A DNA stretch of 40,555 nucleotides from NCBI GenBank assembly GCA_049999805.1, contig JBNGIO010006337.1, positions 66,902 through 107,456 on the forward strand. The letters run 5' to 3'. This stretch comes from Folioceros fuciformis. Taxonomy: Eukaryota. Below, in pieces: positions 25,403-36,130 of the stretch. The position numbers and the translations under genes are program-made. Under the pieces are notes generated by a model. That model saw only the letters and a list, made by a program, of their open reading frames with translations. It was not told the DNA's origin and did no database searches. Every line of letters begins with the position of its first letter. Positions within the stretch are counted from its first letter, which is position 1.

Positions 25403-28400
25403 CTAGTTAAGGTCCAGCTGCTTCTTCAACACTTCGTACACCAGGAAAGAGATGGCAGCTGCTGGCACAAGTTTCAAGTAATTTGGAACAAGCCCTGCAC
25501 GGAGAAAAAGTTTCTGTCAATCCCAACATGCACAAACGTAAACAACAAACAAAACAGCTTTGCTGGTCATCGGTAGCCACCACGTGGCTAGTTGAGCTTA
25601 GTCCTATACGTCTTCTAGTCTTACGACACATGCCAATTCCCACGACAACGTACCCGCATACAGGGCTTGCAAACCCTCTTCCTTCACAATAACTTGGAAA
25701 GCATCGATCATATTTTTGTATAGTTTGGGACCCTGTCTTGCAGCTTGCACCTGATGTCGACAAATTGCAGCAACCCTGTGAGCGACGCAACCAAGGACAC
25801 TTGTAAAAGAGCCACAAGTTCTGACACCAACCTGCAACCGTCGTTGTACCATCTCAAGAGGGTAAACTGCTGTTTGGGCAGAGGCACCTGCAAGAGCCCT
25901 GAGAGGACAAGGGAGCGACTGTACGGTCAGATGCTGGTGTGAACCACGAGGCTGGGGCCGACTGTTGTTGAACAGGAACAAGTTTCAACAACAGACCAGG
26001 CTTACAACATTACCCGAACACCATGGTCGGGATAGCACCGAGGTCACCACCAGGACCGATCTTCTTCCTGTACCATTGCTTCAGTTGATCGTAGACAAAA
26101 AAGTTTATGGCACCATATGGAGCCACTCTAACCTGCAAGGATAACCGCGCTTAGGGTTTAGGCGTATACGTGCATTAGGACAGACAGCAAAACATCGTAG
26201 AGCCAGTGGTATACCATGTTGGGACCCAGACCCCTGTACAATCCCAACCAACTATCCCGCTGGATGATGTCACGAGTCACATCCACCAATGATCTTCCTG
26301 CCCGAGGCCCTTGTACTGTCACAACAGATCTCACTGTGTCCACAGGATGTGTCACAAAGGTTCCAGCCATTGATGCTATTGACCCGAGCAACATCCGCTC
26401 TGGGCCACTGATATCTACCCGTCCTGTTCTTTTCAGAATCCCGTCTTTGAGGTTGTCATATACAAAAAACTCGACGGCCTGTCTCCAACACATCAGGGTG
26501 TCAAGGTTTGCGGTTTACTGCCTCCCTGTTCCCTGATGTGCTTCATCCCACACAAAGGCATGTCTAGAACTGCTGACTAGCAGCGACAACCAGCGAAACA
26601 TACCTTGGTGGGTGCAATACGCAAAACATTCAATAGGTTGCCTCTAAAAAGACCAGGGAGACCCTCCTCCCTGCATGGGTCTGCCATTAGTGATATTTAG
26701 CAATAGGAGCATTGCCAACACACAGTGCAGCTTGGTATGCACATGGACGACTTACCGCCAGATCTTTTTCAGAACAGCGGTGAATCCTTGTCTGGCCAGA
26801 TCTGAGTCAACCATAGACATAACCTACAGGGGAGAGGAGAGCTCATGAATACTTTGCTACTCATGCTACAAACGCAAAACCACGAGAAACACAGCACAAC
26901 ACTTGCCTTGATCCTTTCAAGTGGGGCCACAGCCGTCCTTGATACTGCACCGGACATGCCTCCTGCAAAAAGATGCTTAAGAACCTGTACTTTAGGTCTT
27001 CTCTGTCCAACTCGTCCCTGCTTGTTGTATCTCCCTGTAACGTATACGAAAGCCAGTGAGCTCACAGTAAGGCACTCTGGCACATGATACCCAGCTTCAG
27101 AACACAACGCCTGACTTAGCTGTCTTATCAAATGGGTCAGAAAGGGCTGTACCGGACGACATTGGGAAAGTTGTGTCGGCATCCCCTAGATCAATAACAG
27201 CCCTCCCCCAGATTTCAAAAATATCTCTAAGATCTTTGGCAGTCGACAACATCAAGAAATCTCTGCAACATGATGACGTAATTCAATATCGGGATGAAAG
27301 TTTGTGTAAAATCTGAGAGATTCTGCTGAACATTCACACACAAACTCACGATGAGGACAAAGAGTTATCTCCACAAGCCAGAAGTCACCTCCGTGGAGTA
27401 CCTAAGAACTGTATTCAGTAACACACCGAAAATCTGATGTGGATGGTCTACAGTTCCACGTGCTCCAAGCAAACGCAGGTGCAGGAACTCCCAATCAGTG
27501 AATTCTAAGTACAAAGCACCTGAACTCAGCAAAATCGAAGGCCTTGGTTTGGCTGTAAAAATCCTGAGATCCAAGCATTCCACCCCTCACGTGCATCCGG
27601 TCGATCATCTTCTTTACATCCTTGTCGGCAATTCTACAGCAAGAGTAAGTCAGCTACTGGCCATCCAACTCATACACCACGGCCACAATAACAGAAGTGC
27701 AGAGTGCCTGTGCCCGATCAGGACAACCACAAGATGCGTAAGGCAGAGCCGAGGGATGTGGTTGAGAACAACGTCTACCTGAATTTGTACTTCCGCAGAG
27801 CTTCTTTCAGCTCAGCTTCGGTTATGTAGCCAATCTGTTCAAGAACAAGGCGGTATTACATCGGCGGCCGTATCATGACGAATCAAAACCGAGCATAACA
27901 TCACAAAAGCTGACGGTCACGTCACCTTTCTTTTGTCCAGTTCCTTGAACGTATTGAGAAGTTCATTTTCTCTGCTGATTGCGTACTCGGCAAACGTTTC
28001 GAAGGTGAGAGTGGCGCTCTTTGTTGTAGCAGCGACTTGATTGACGAAGGCTTCAACGTCCTGTGCATGACACGGAACCCAAGGTTAACCAAGACGACGA
28101 CACAATTAGTCACGAGCGACAAGAGCCTTCATCTCCCATGACATCCGCCGAAGGCAAACGCCTTCGGCACACTCAGCACGCGATCACCGTAACAGAAACG
28201 TGGCGATCAAGAAAAAACTTGCAAAAGCGAAAGGCAGCTATGAACCTCTTCAGAAGCAGGCAGGTTGAGCCGCTTTAACGCCACCTTCAGGTCACCCTCA
28301 GAAATGTAGCCCACGCCTTCTCTGTCCAGCTCCTACAATGCAAACTTGGAATGAGAAAGAAAGCAGGTTCATGCGAAAAGCGTCAAAGTCGCACAAAATC

Positions 28401-29224
28401 GAACTCAACGCGACTCTACAGAGCGACAAGACTTGCCTGCTCACCACACAGCAATCTCAAACACTGAGGTTAATCTCAAACACCTTTCCTCCCTGCATCT
28501 AGTTAGTGACTAGTTGCTTCCCTGACTGAAATTCCGGTCAGCTGACCGCACAATCCCCTCCACACCGCACAAAACCCGCCACAGGAATCGGCTTGCTATG
28601 AACTCCCGGAGCATTCCAACAGGAATCCAGAAAATCTAACACCACGAACACCCAGCAATCCAAACCTAACCGAAACAGGCCTCCCCCTGCAAGCTGCTGA
28701 CCTTCCAGCGGCGCTGAAGCGCATCATACGCATACGTTCNNNNNNNNNNNNNNNNNNNNNNNNNNNNNNNNNNNNNNNNNNNNNNNNNNNNNNNNNNNNN
28801 NNNNNNNNNNNNNNNNNNNNNNNNNNNNNNNNNNNNNNNGAGCATAAGACACCATGGCCACCCTGCTCGGACCAAAGCCAGAATTTCCCCTCCGGACCCG
28901 CATCCCAGGCGCGGCCAGGCTCTCCACCGGGTCGCACACAAGCATCCCGGCGTCCTCCAAATCTCCATCCTTCGGCTCGGCCCAGGGCCCGGTTCGCCTC
29001 TTCCCCGCGTCCCGCCCCTGCAGCTCGGCGAACACGGCCCCGATTCCACCCACAACAGCATTCTGGCATTCGAGGAGCGCGTGCTGGAGCTGGTGCAAGG
29101 GATCCCGGTTCGCCCCAGCCTTGCTATGGAAGGTGCTGGGAATTCGAGCAGCGGTGCCGGATTCGCTCAGGCGGGGGAAGCGAATGCGCAAGCCCCCGGC
29201 ATCCGCATCCTGGAGGCGTGCCAT
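25403..29224 (-). CDS. Mitochondrial carrier family (SLC25) protein with N-terminal EF-hand region; carrier domain resembles Brittle1/BTL adenine nucleotide carriers; 5' exon structure uncertain because it spans a gap
   Basis: EF-hand-like exons: ELDREGVGYISEGDLKVALKRLNLP, ENELLNTFKELDKRK|IGYITEAELKEAL, FDFAEFR|DFLML...IFEIW...IDLGD. Three carrier repeats with Px[DE]xx[KR]-type motifs: APLERIK, HPVDTVRS, YPLEMVQRR. Also GLFRGNLLNVLRIAPTKAVEFFVYD and LVPNYLKLVPAAAISFLVYEVLKKQLDLN* (stop 25403-25405). ATG 29224 is tentative. Confidence 0.88.
28740..28839. other. Assembly gap (100 N) inside the carrier gene's 5' region
   Basis: Run of exactly 100 N. Confidence 1.
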
Positions 29225-29398
29225 GAGTGCAATGCCCGTCTACCTACTCCGGCAATGCGAGGCCGGGAGCCCTCTCCCGCGTCCAGGCAGCCGGGAGCAG
29301 TCAGAGCAGAGCAGAGCAACACTTGGAGGCAGCAGCAACAGCTCCAGGCGTCGGTAGCCAGGGAGTCTGGGGCGCTGGTCTTCGCCTCCTCCGGCCCC

Positions 29399-29498
29399 NN
29401 NNNNNNNNNNNNNNNNNNNNNNNNNNNNNNNNNNNNNNNNNNNNNNNNNNNNNNNNNNNNNNNNNNNNNNNNNNNNNNNNNNNNNNNNNNNNNNNNNN
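29399..29498. other. Assembly gap (100 N), flanked by C-rich sequence
   Basis: Run of exactly 100 N. Confidence 1.
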
Positions 29499-30849
29499 CC
29501 CTCCCCCTTTCCCCCTGGCGAAAGTGTGGCGGAATGCTTGTAATGCCACGATCCTTTCTATTTTGGAGTAAATGATAAAATGTTGGAGCGCGCCTCTATT
29601 TGTTTTCTCTTGTCGCGGATATTTTATCGTGCCACCTCATATGTTGCTGCTTTCGAATCGATTGAACGGTAGAGTTTTGGCAGCCATGGTGACCCGTTGA
29701 ACGGGGATAATTCACTGCGTGCCTGTTCGATTCCATTTCTGCGCATGCGCTCTCGATGCTGGCTGGCCTCTGCATTGTGGATGCCCGCGCTATCCACTAC
29801 ACGCCTCGTGGGAAGAAGGCCAGTACGCCTTGGCGGTGCCACTTACTTGTGCAAGTTCAATCAGGGCTTGGGTGCGGACAAGGACTTTGATGACGGACTG
29901 GTGTTCGGAATCAGGGTTTGAGCAAAGTTGACGCATGCTGAATCAAAGATGACTGCAGGCCCAAAGCATCAGATGCCAATCTCGATGCCTCGCTTGGCGC
30001 GCAAAGTTGGAATTAGGGAACGTGCGGATCATGGAGTTGAGTCGAGGTGATGGAAAGAGTTGCTTGCCAGGGCCATCGGATACCGTCCTCGGTGCCTTGT
30101 CTGAAGCTCAGTGATGAAGAACACGGACATAATGCCGCTGTACCACAGGGTTCACTAAACAAGAAGCTCTCTTAGGCTTCCTACCGTTGCCGCTGGGATC
30201 GTCACTTGCCGTATAGCGCAATCCGAAGACTTCATGTAGGAATGGATGCGACAAAGACGCGCTTCCACCATTTCTGGGATGGTGCTTGTACGCTCCGATC
30301 GTCCAATCGCAGAAGAGCACTACAGAGATCATTTTACAGGTGGAAAAAGTAAAGCATCGGTTGATGGGGACAATTGTGTGGTGTGGCGTTTCCAGCAATG
30401 TTTTCACCCAAAATGGGGAGTTGTGAACAAGTATGCCCAATGGGCATACTTCATGGCATGAAGGATTTTTCAAAGCCTATAAGTAGTCCTTGCCGTCACG
30501 TACCCAAGCCTCCTTGAGAAATTCAAGTAGGAGTTAGGAGTTTGCGAGATGTCAAGAGTTAGTGTGTCCCTTCCTAACTCTTCTTCAAAGGATCTCTTGT
30601 TTTGGAGGTGGTCAAACAAGTGGAGAATATCATGGTAGATCTTGAGGCAATCTAATTGGGAAAGGGCTCCCTCTCTGCTTAAACAATTTGGAAGCTTACT
30701 GACAAGAGCTGTAGCAAAAAAAGCAACTAGATCCAGCAACTCTGGACAGGCTAATGCAGTGAACGAAGAACGTCCCATGTGTAGAGAGTGCAAGATTAAG
30801 AAGACGATGAAAATGAATAAGAAGCTTACAAGATCCCTTGCAAGCTTGC

Positions 30850-31072
30850 TGAAGGTAACAATGCGCTGGTGGAAGAAGTCAAGTCAAGAATGAAGGTAAC
30901 AATGCGCTGGTGGAAGAAGTCAAGTCAAGAAATAAAGGGGAGGAGCATGGTAATGCCTCTGAGAGTTCAATCCGACATAGTCCATAAACTTGTTGGCCTA
31001 TTTGCAACCGTGGAAGACGTCAAGTCAAGAAATAAAGAGGAGGAGCATGGTAATGCCTCAAAGAGCTCAACC
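30850..31072. repeat. Nested direct repeats: perfect 41-bp tandem (30850-30890 / 30891-30931) plus an imperfect repeat of about 63 bp at 100-bp spacing (30910-30972 / 31010-31072)
   Basis: tgaaggtaacaatgcgctggtggaagaagtcaagtcaagaa x2; gtggaaga.gtcaagtcaagaaataaag.ggaggagcatggtaatgcctc..agag.tcaa x2. Confidence 0.9.
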
Positions 31073-31198
31073 ATAGGGTGTGCCAAATGTGTAGAAGGCT
31101 TAAGGGGGTTGTAGCCTAGTTCTGCTGATTAGCGAGCAGTACTAATCTAGAAATATGTCACTAAGAAGGTGATTTCGTATTGAGAGGATAGGAGGGAT

Positions 31199-31225
31199 TT
31201 TTGGGGTTTGGGGTTTAGGGTTTAG
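31199..31225 (+). repeat. Short interstitial telomere-like tract
   Basis: ttttggggtttggggtttagggtttagg: degenerate plant TTTAGGG units. Confidence 0.7.
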
Positions 31226-31384
31226 GCCGTGACAGATATTCTGTCTAGAATCAGCGTTCTATTTGAGCTTCTACAAGACATGCTAGAGACAGGTTTCCTA
31301 GTGGGCTCACATGATCAATCACCTTCCGTGTCCAGTTTTGTAATTCCTCTCAATAAAGGACTGATCCATATTTTTCTAACATCG

Positions 31385-32513
31385 TCTATTTGTTGCGGCG
31401 GGTTTGCTGGCAATCGTGCCGGTTACTATGAGCTACGAAAATACGAAAATGTTGAAGCAGGACAAGGAAGCTGCGCCTGCCTCCAGGCCCACCAGCGTGG
31501 CCAGTGATGTGAACCTCTCCATTTCCGCAAGTGCCAGGCCGCACGTTCTGCTGCAGGAGCTGGCCGAGGGTACGGTCCTGTCGTGTCCATCCACCTGGGA
31601 ATGAAACTGGTTTTCCTCGTTTCGTCGCCGGACATGAGCAGAGGGGTGCTCAAAGTGCAGGACAGCAGTTTCGCATCTCGAGCTCCCCTAGCAGCCCATC
31701 GACATCTGGTTTTGCAGGAAGGAAGATGCGCGTTCAGGATCCCCTTCGAATCCAGGCACCAGAATGTGAGGTGGCCGTGCCTTATTCGTGTCCGTTAACG
31801 TTGTTTTGCGAGCCTGCTGTGGTGTACATATTAGCTACAATGTAGCAAGTCGTTTAATTGGCTTGTCAGGAAGATCATGACGACAGAGCTATTGACGCCC
31901 TAGAGCAATTCAGAGACGCGGAACTGGGTGCTGCAATGAGATTTGTCTTGCGTAAGATTCCAGGAGAGGTCGACATCCACGGATTGGGAAATTCTGTAAC
32001 AATGACAACATGGTAGGTGGACCGGCAGGAGGCAGCTGAGTACGTTTGGGTGCTCCGTGAAACCATCCAGCTGCTGGGGATTCCGGTTCTTGGGGACAGC
32101 ATTTCTTTCTCGGGATTTCTTGAACCTTTGATTCCTGGGATTTCTGGAGCCGTTGTATAATGGAATCATAGCACTGGGTAGTACCCATCGGATCTCAGCT
32201 GCTTGTGGCCATGCTGTACAGAGACATCGATGTCAAAGGACAAAACTTCGGCATACTCCCTTTGGAAGTGGCAGAAGGATCTGCCCTGCCATCTCTCACG
32301 GCATGGTTGTATCCAGCGCCTTCCGTGCTGAACTGGTCCACAGCTTCGATTGCTGCCTTCCGCAAGGACAGAAACCACAAGACAGACAAGTCCGAAGAAT
32401 ATGGACTCCCTATACCCATGAAGTGTCCCCTTAAAGCAGTCCCAACCCCTCGCTTGCCGCTCCATCTCTACAAGTGTGATGATTCTTTTCCGTTTTCTGT
32501 GCATGTCACATAG
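31385..32513 (+). pseudogene. Cytochrome P450 (CYP71-clan type) pseudogene with frameshifts and a large central deletion
   Basis: In order across frames: TM anchor LFVAAGLLAIVPV; KLRLPPGPPAWPVM* (LPPGP at 31477-31491); RPHVLLQELA; YGPVVSIHLG...VSSPDMSRGVLKVQDSSFASR; RKIMTTELLTP; LLGIPVLGD; DIDVKGQNFGILP/FGSGRRICP (heme Cys at 32282-32284); LVHSFD; SEEYGL...PLKAVPTPRLPLHLY. I-helix, ExxR and PERF regions are absent. Confidence 0.9.
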
Positions 32514-35144
32514 CGACCAAGGGATGTCCTTTTTCTTTTTCTTCGGAGCCCTTCATTTGGGTCCCTGCTCCTCCCAGTTTCGTCCCATTGCCCTCCCAAG
32601 GCGGCCAGCCGAAATGGCATAGGCGCCGGGGTTGGACTCTGGCACCCACCCGGTTGTTTCTCCTGTGCAAATATATCACAACTTTCCATGTCTACAATTG
32701 TCCTCGCTCGCAACGTTGTGGCCAAGGTAAGTCGACAATCAACGACAATATCTGTGAACAGTGCAACAGGTAGTGCACAGTTGTGTCTGTAATCTGCGTG
32801 CCCTGGACAGTGGACAAGTATTCCTGTTTTTCGCTCTCGCCCCCCTTTGACATCCGGATGAAACTTGTTTGTTCTACAGAATCGCAGCTTCCAGCTTTCA
32901 CCTTTCGAGGCGCAGAGGCTGCGTTGGATCATGGTCTTGATGCAGGAAGCTCCCATCACGACGTTGAACAGCGAACGTCGGGTCATCAAGACGTTCGTCT
33001 TGATACCCCGATGTTCAAGGCTATGACGAGTGTAGCTGCGGGCAAAAATGCAGATGCAAAACTGCAGTCACATTACCGCTTTCTGAGAATTTGGTTTTAC
33101 ACTTTCTACACATGTCGTAAATAGGACAGTAACATGAGTCGATCGGGAAAGTCTACCGTGGAGCACGAACGCTGTGAATGCTTAGAACTTCTGTGCAATC
33201 GAGAACTTGGCGGATTGGCATGGAAGCGCACAAACCAACCGAACCCGTACTCACCGGCCTGAATACATAGAAGACTACTGAGACGTGTTTAGCGTGCTTT
33301 GCAGGGCGACGGCCATTCCTACATTGGCGTTATTCCGAAACCTGATCAGTATGGCTCAGGAAACCCCGGCTGCACCGAGCACACGCCATGGAAAACAGAG
33401 GTTTAGGTTAACATCGCTTGCAGCTTACAACGTGGAGTGAGTGGCAACCTGAACAAATCACGCGCATTTACATAGCAGCGCTCTTGATTTCCGAATTGAG
33501 ACTACGACGGTAGGAGATAACACCAGATTTCATCAACATCAACGTTCTGGACGTCTCCTCTACCAGATTTCTTTGCCGGACGACATACTCAACAGAAAGG
33601 GACCTGGAAGACGCCGTACACCCCGTTCTCAAACACCACATGCTCAACTCGTTGATCGGCACGGCAACCTCCAGCATGTATCTGCGTCTGCTGTTGCCTC
33701 ACACCGCCAGCAACGATTGTCGCAATACTTCAAAAATCCAGCTTGAGCTCTTCTGGTTCACGCAGCACAAAGTGTAGCACATAGGGTGTGGCGCGGATGG
33801 CCAACAACCATATCCCGACCACAGCCAGATGCTGGCGAAGCTGCTGATGCGCCGCCGCCTTGTCAGGCCGCCGGGGAATGCCTCCGAGAAACATAGCTGG
33901 AGAAGACTCGCTGCCTCGCCGGATGCACGCTCACTAGCCGGCTGGCTTGCGGGCCTGATCGCTAGCACACCTGCCGATTAGCACACCGAGCTTCCTTCCG
34001 ATTCCGTAACTGAGGAGCGATTAGGGCAAGCTCAAGCTAGTCATAGGCGGCTAGACCTAGCAGCTTCTCTCAAATCATAATGAATCTAAATCCGGCTACT
34101 GCTTGCAACCTACTCCTTCTAGGTTTTTCGCATTCAAACAGTCGGTAGGAGACGAAGAGCATCCTCATGCATGCTGCTTGCGGAAGTGAAGCACTAAAGG
34201 GCTTGCAGGTAGAGATACATGCAATACTTCATCAGGCTGTCTGAACGGCAGTCTCACCGCATTGTTTCCTAGGCGGTTGTATGGACTAAGACTATAGTCC
34301 TGATAGCCTTAGAAAAGGAACCTGGCCAGTTCGTCTGATTCTGGCAGTTCCCAGTGGAAGTTCAACGGTTAGGCATCGGCAGCGCAGAGCGTTGTGGTGT
34401 GCAAGTTTAACGCTGAGACGATTTGGCTAATGTTCTGCACCTGTATGCACTGGCCACCGATTGTCTCGTCAAGAGCAGCTTTTGCGCATGACGTTCCTTC
34501 CGGCCTGCTTCCCCATAACCAGCGGCGGCCCCGAGACTCGTCAAACTGTGATAAATCCCAGCATCTCGCCGCAACAGAGTATGGGAATCAGAGCTGTGAC
34601 GAAGCAAGCATACACCTCGTGGTGTGCCCCGCGCATACGGAATTCCTGAGGACCACACGAAATTTCTTACTGCCACTAAGGAAAATCCAACCTTCATCCC
34701 ATTGGCATCAAATCCCTTTCTTGAGAAGGATGAGCCCGCCATACCGATGAGGGAAAACGTGAGGTGAAGCATAGAATTCTGGACTCCGCGCTTGCTCAAG
34801 TCGTGACCTCCCAAAAAATCTTGCCACACTGCTGGGAAATTCGGGCCAGTGGGTGAGTGATTTTCCACCTATTTGAAAAGCATCTAATCCTATACCCTAA
34901 TGCTTGTGGTTGGCATTCGACAGCATAATTGATTCTTGGGCTTCAATTCAATTCACCGTGTATTTTATAAAGTGGATTATATTATGATGAATTATTTAAA
35001 GATGAATAATGATATAAAATGAAGTACTGAGGAATTTTATTAAATTATTTAGCCAGTATCCTTAGCTAAAGGACGTATGGAGAGCGTGGGGATATCCCGC
35101 ACGGCAGCACTGGGAAGGGGACGACAAGGTTGGGAAAGCAGGAG

Positions 35145-35390
35145 GACCGTTGGCAGCGGGCAGGCAACGGTCCAATGGGGCCCGCACCGGAACTGTGGGC
35201 GATGCTTGCACAAAATAGCACAGTGCAGCGCAGCGCGGACCGGGTGTGATAATGGGCCGCATTCAAAAGCCGTGGGCTAACGGAGGGATTTAACGAGGGC
35301 GGGGAGCCGGGTTCAAGCCTTAACGGTCACCTTGCGCAGTCGGTCTCCGCCTCGCGTCTCGCCCAGCCTGGGATCCCGCCTTCAACGGCC
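35145..35390 (+). promoter_or_regulatory. Cluster of five MSA-like (AACGG core, MYB3R-binding) elements upstream of the 1197-aa gene
   Basis: CCGTT at 35147-35151; AACGG at 35166-35170, 35279-35283, 35322-35326 and 35384-35388. Site-II-like TGGGCC/TGGGCT near 35253 and 35273. Confidence 0.65.
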
Positions 35391-36130
35391 GCCTCTGCCA
35401 CGCGTTCCTTCCATCCTCCCATCCCAAGCCAACCCAGGCCAAGGCTCCGGGCTGCACGCTCCCCTCCTCCCTCGCCGCCGCCTCCTTCTCGCATCCACAA
35501 TCGCTCCTCTCCGCGCCGCCCGCTTGCATGTCTGTCGCCTTTGCACTTCCGCCATCGCGACTGCCATTTGTGCTCCTCCCGCACCGGTATTGGCGGTGGA
35601 GCTCAATTCCAAGGCAGCCCTGGCAGCGCCTGCTGCTAGGGTCGTCCCAGCTGCGGGAGGGGAGAGTCTCAGCTCAGCTCCAGCTCCAGCTCCAGCTCCA
35701 GCTTCAGCTTCAGTTTTGCTGCACTGAACTGAACTCAACTGATCTGGAGAAGCCTGCAATGCCGGACGCAGCCACGCTAGCCAGCTAAGCTAGCTACCAC
35801 ACACGGGTGAGTACCCGGTGTCGGGTTTCGGAATTGGAACAGTGTCCAGTGTTTCAGCTCTGTCTCGGTGTGCGGGACCTGGAGCTGGAGCGATTGCTGG
35901 CCCGGGGAACCATGGCGCTTGCTTGCGCTTAACTGCTGACGATGCAGTGTGGCGTTTTGTTTGCCTGGTGTGGTGGTTTGGACTGTTTGGAATGCATTGC
36001 GGGGGTGTTGAAGTTGTTTTGAATGAGGAGCTAGCTAGGTTGGAGAGGCTGACACGAAGGTTGTTTGCAGGCAGCAGGTGGTGGTGCTTCGCAATTCCCT
36101 GCTCTCCGGGTCAAGAACGCTGTCAAGACG

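Noticed and set aside
29665-29704. Three AACGG cores, including the palindrome CCGTTGAACGG, upstream of the carrier gene
   Set aside because: Poor match to the MSA flanking consensus and separated from the gene by an unsized gap; not enough to call.
30050-30470. Short ORFs on both strands
   Set aside because: All frames are interrupted and no recognisable domain was found.
30850-31072. Direct repeats as a CRISPR-like array
   Set aside because: Eukaryotic context, units are adjacent or nested without unique equal-length spacers, and no cas genes are present.
32520-34900. Scattered 60-170 aa ORFs and splice-like sites
   Set aside because: Could be decayed gene fragments, but no motif or consistent exon chain could be supported from sequence alone.
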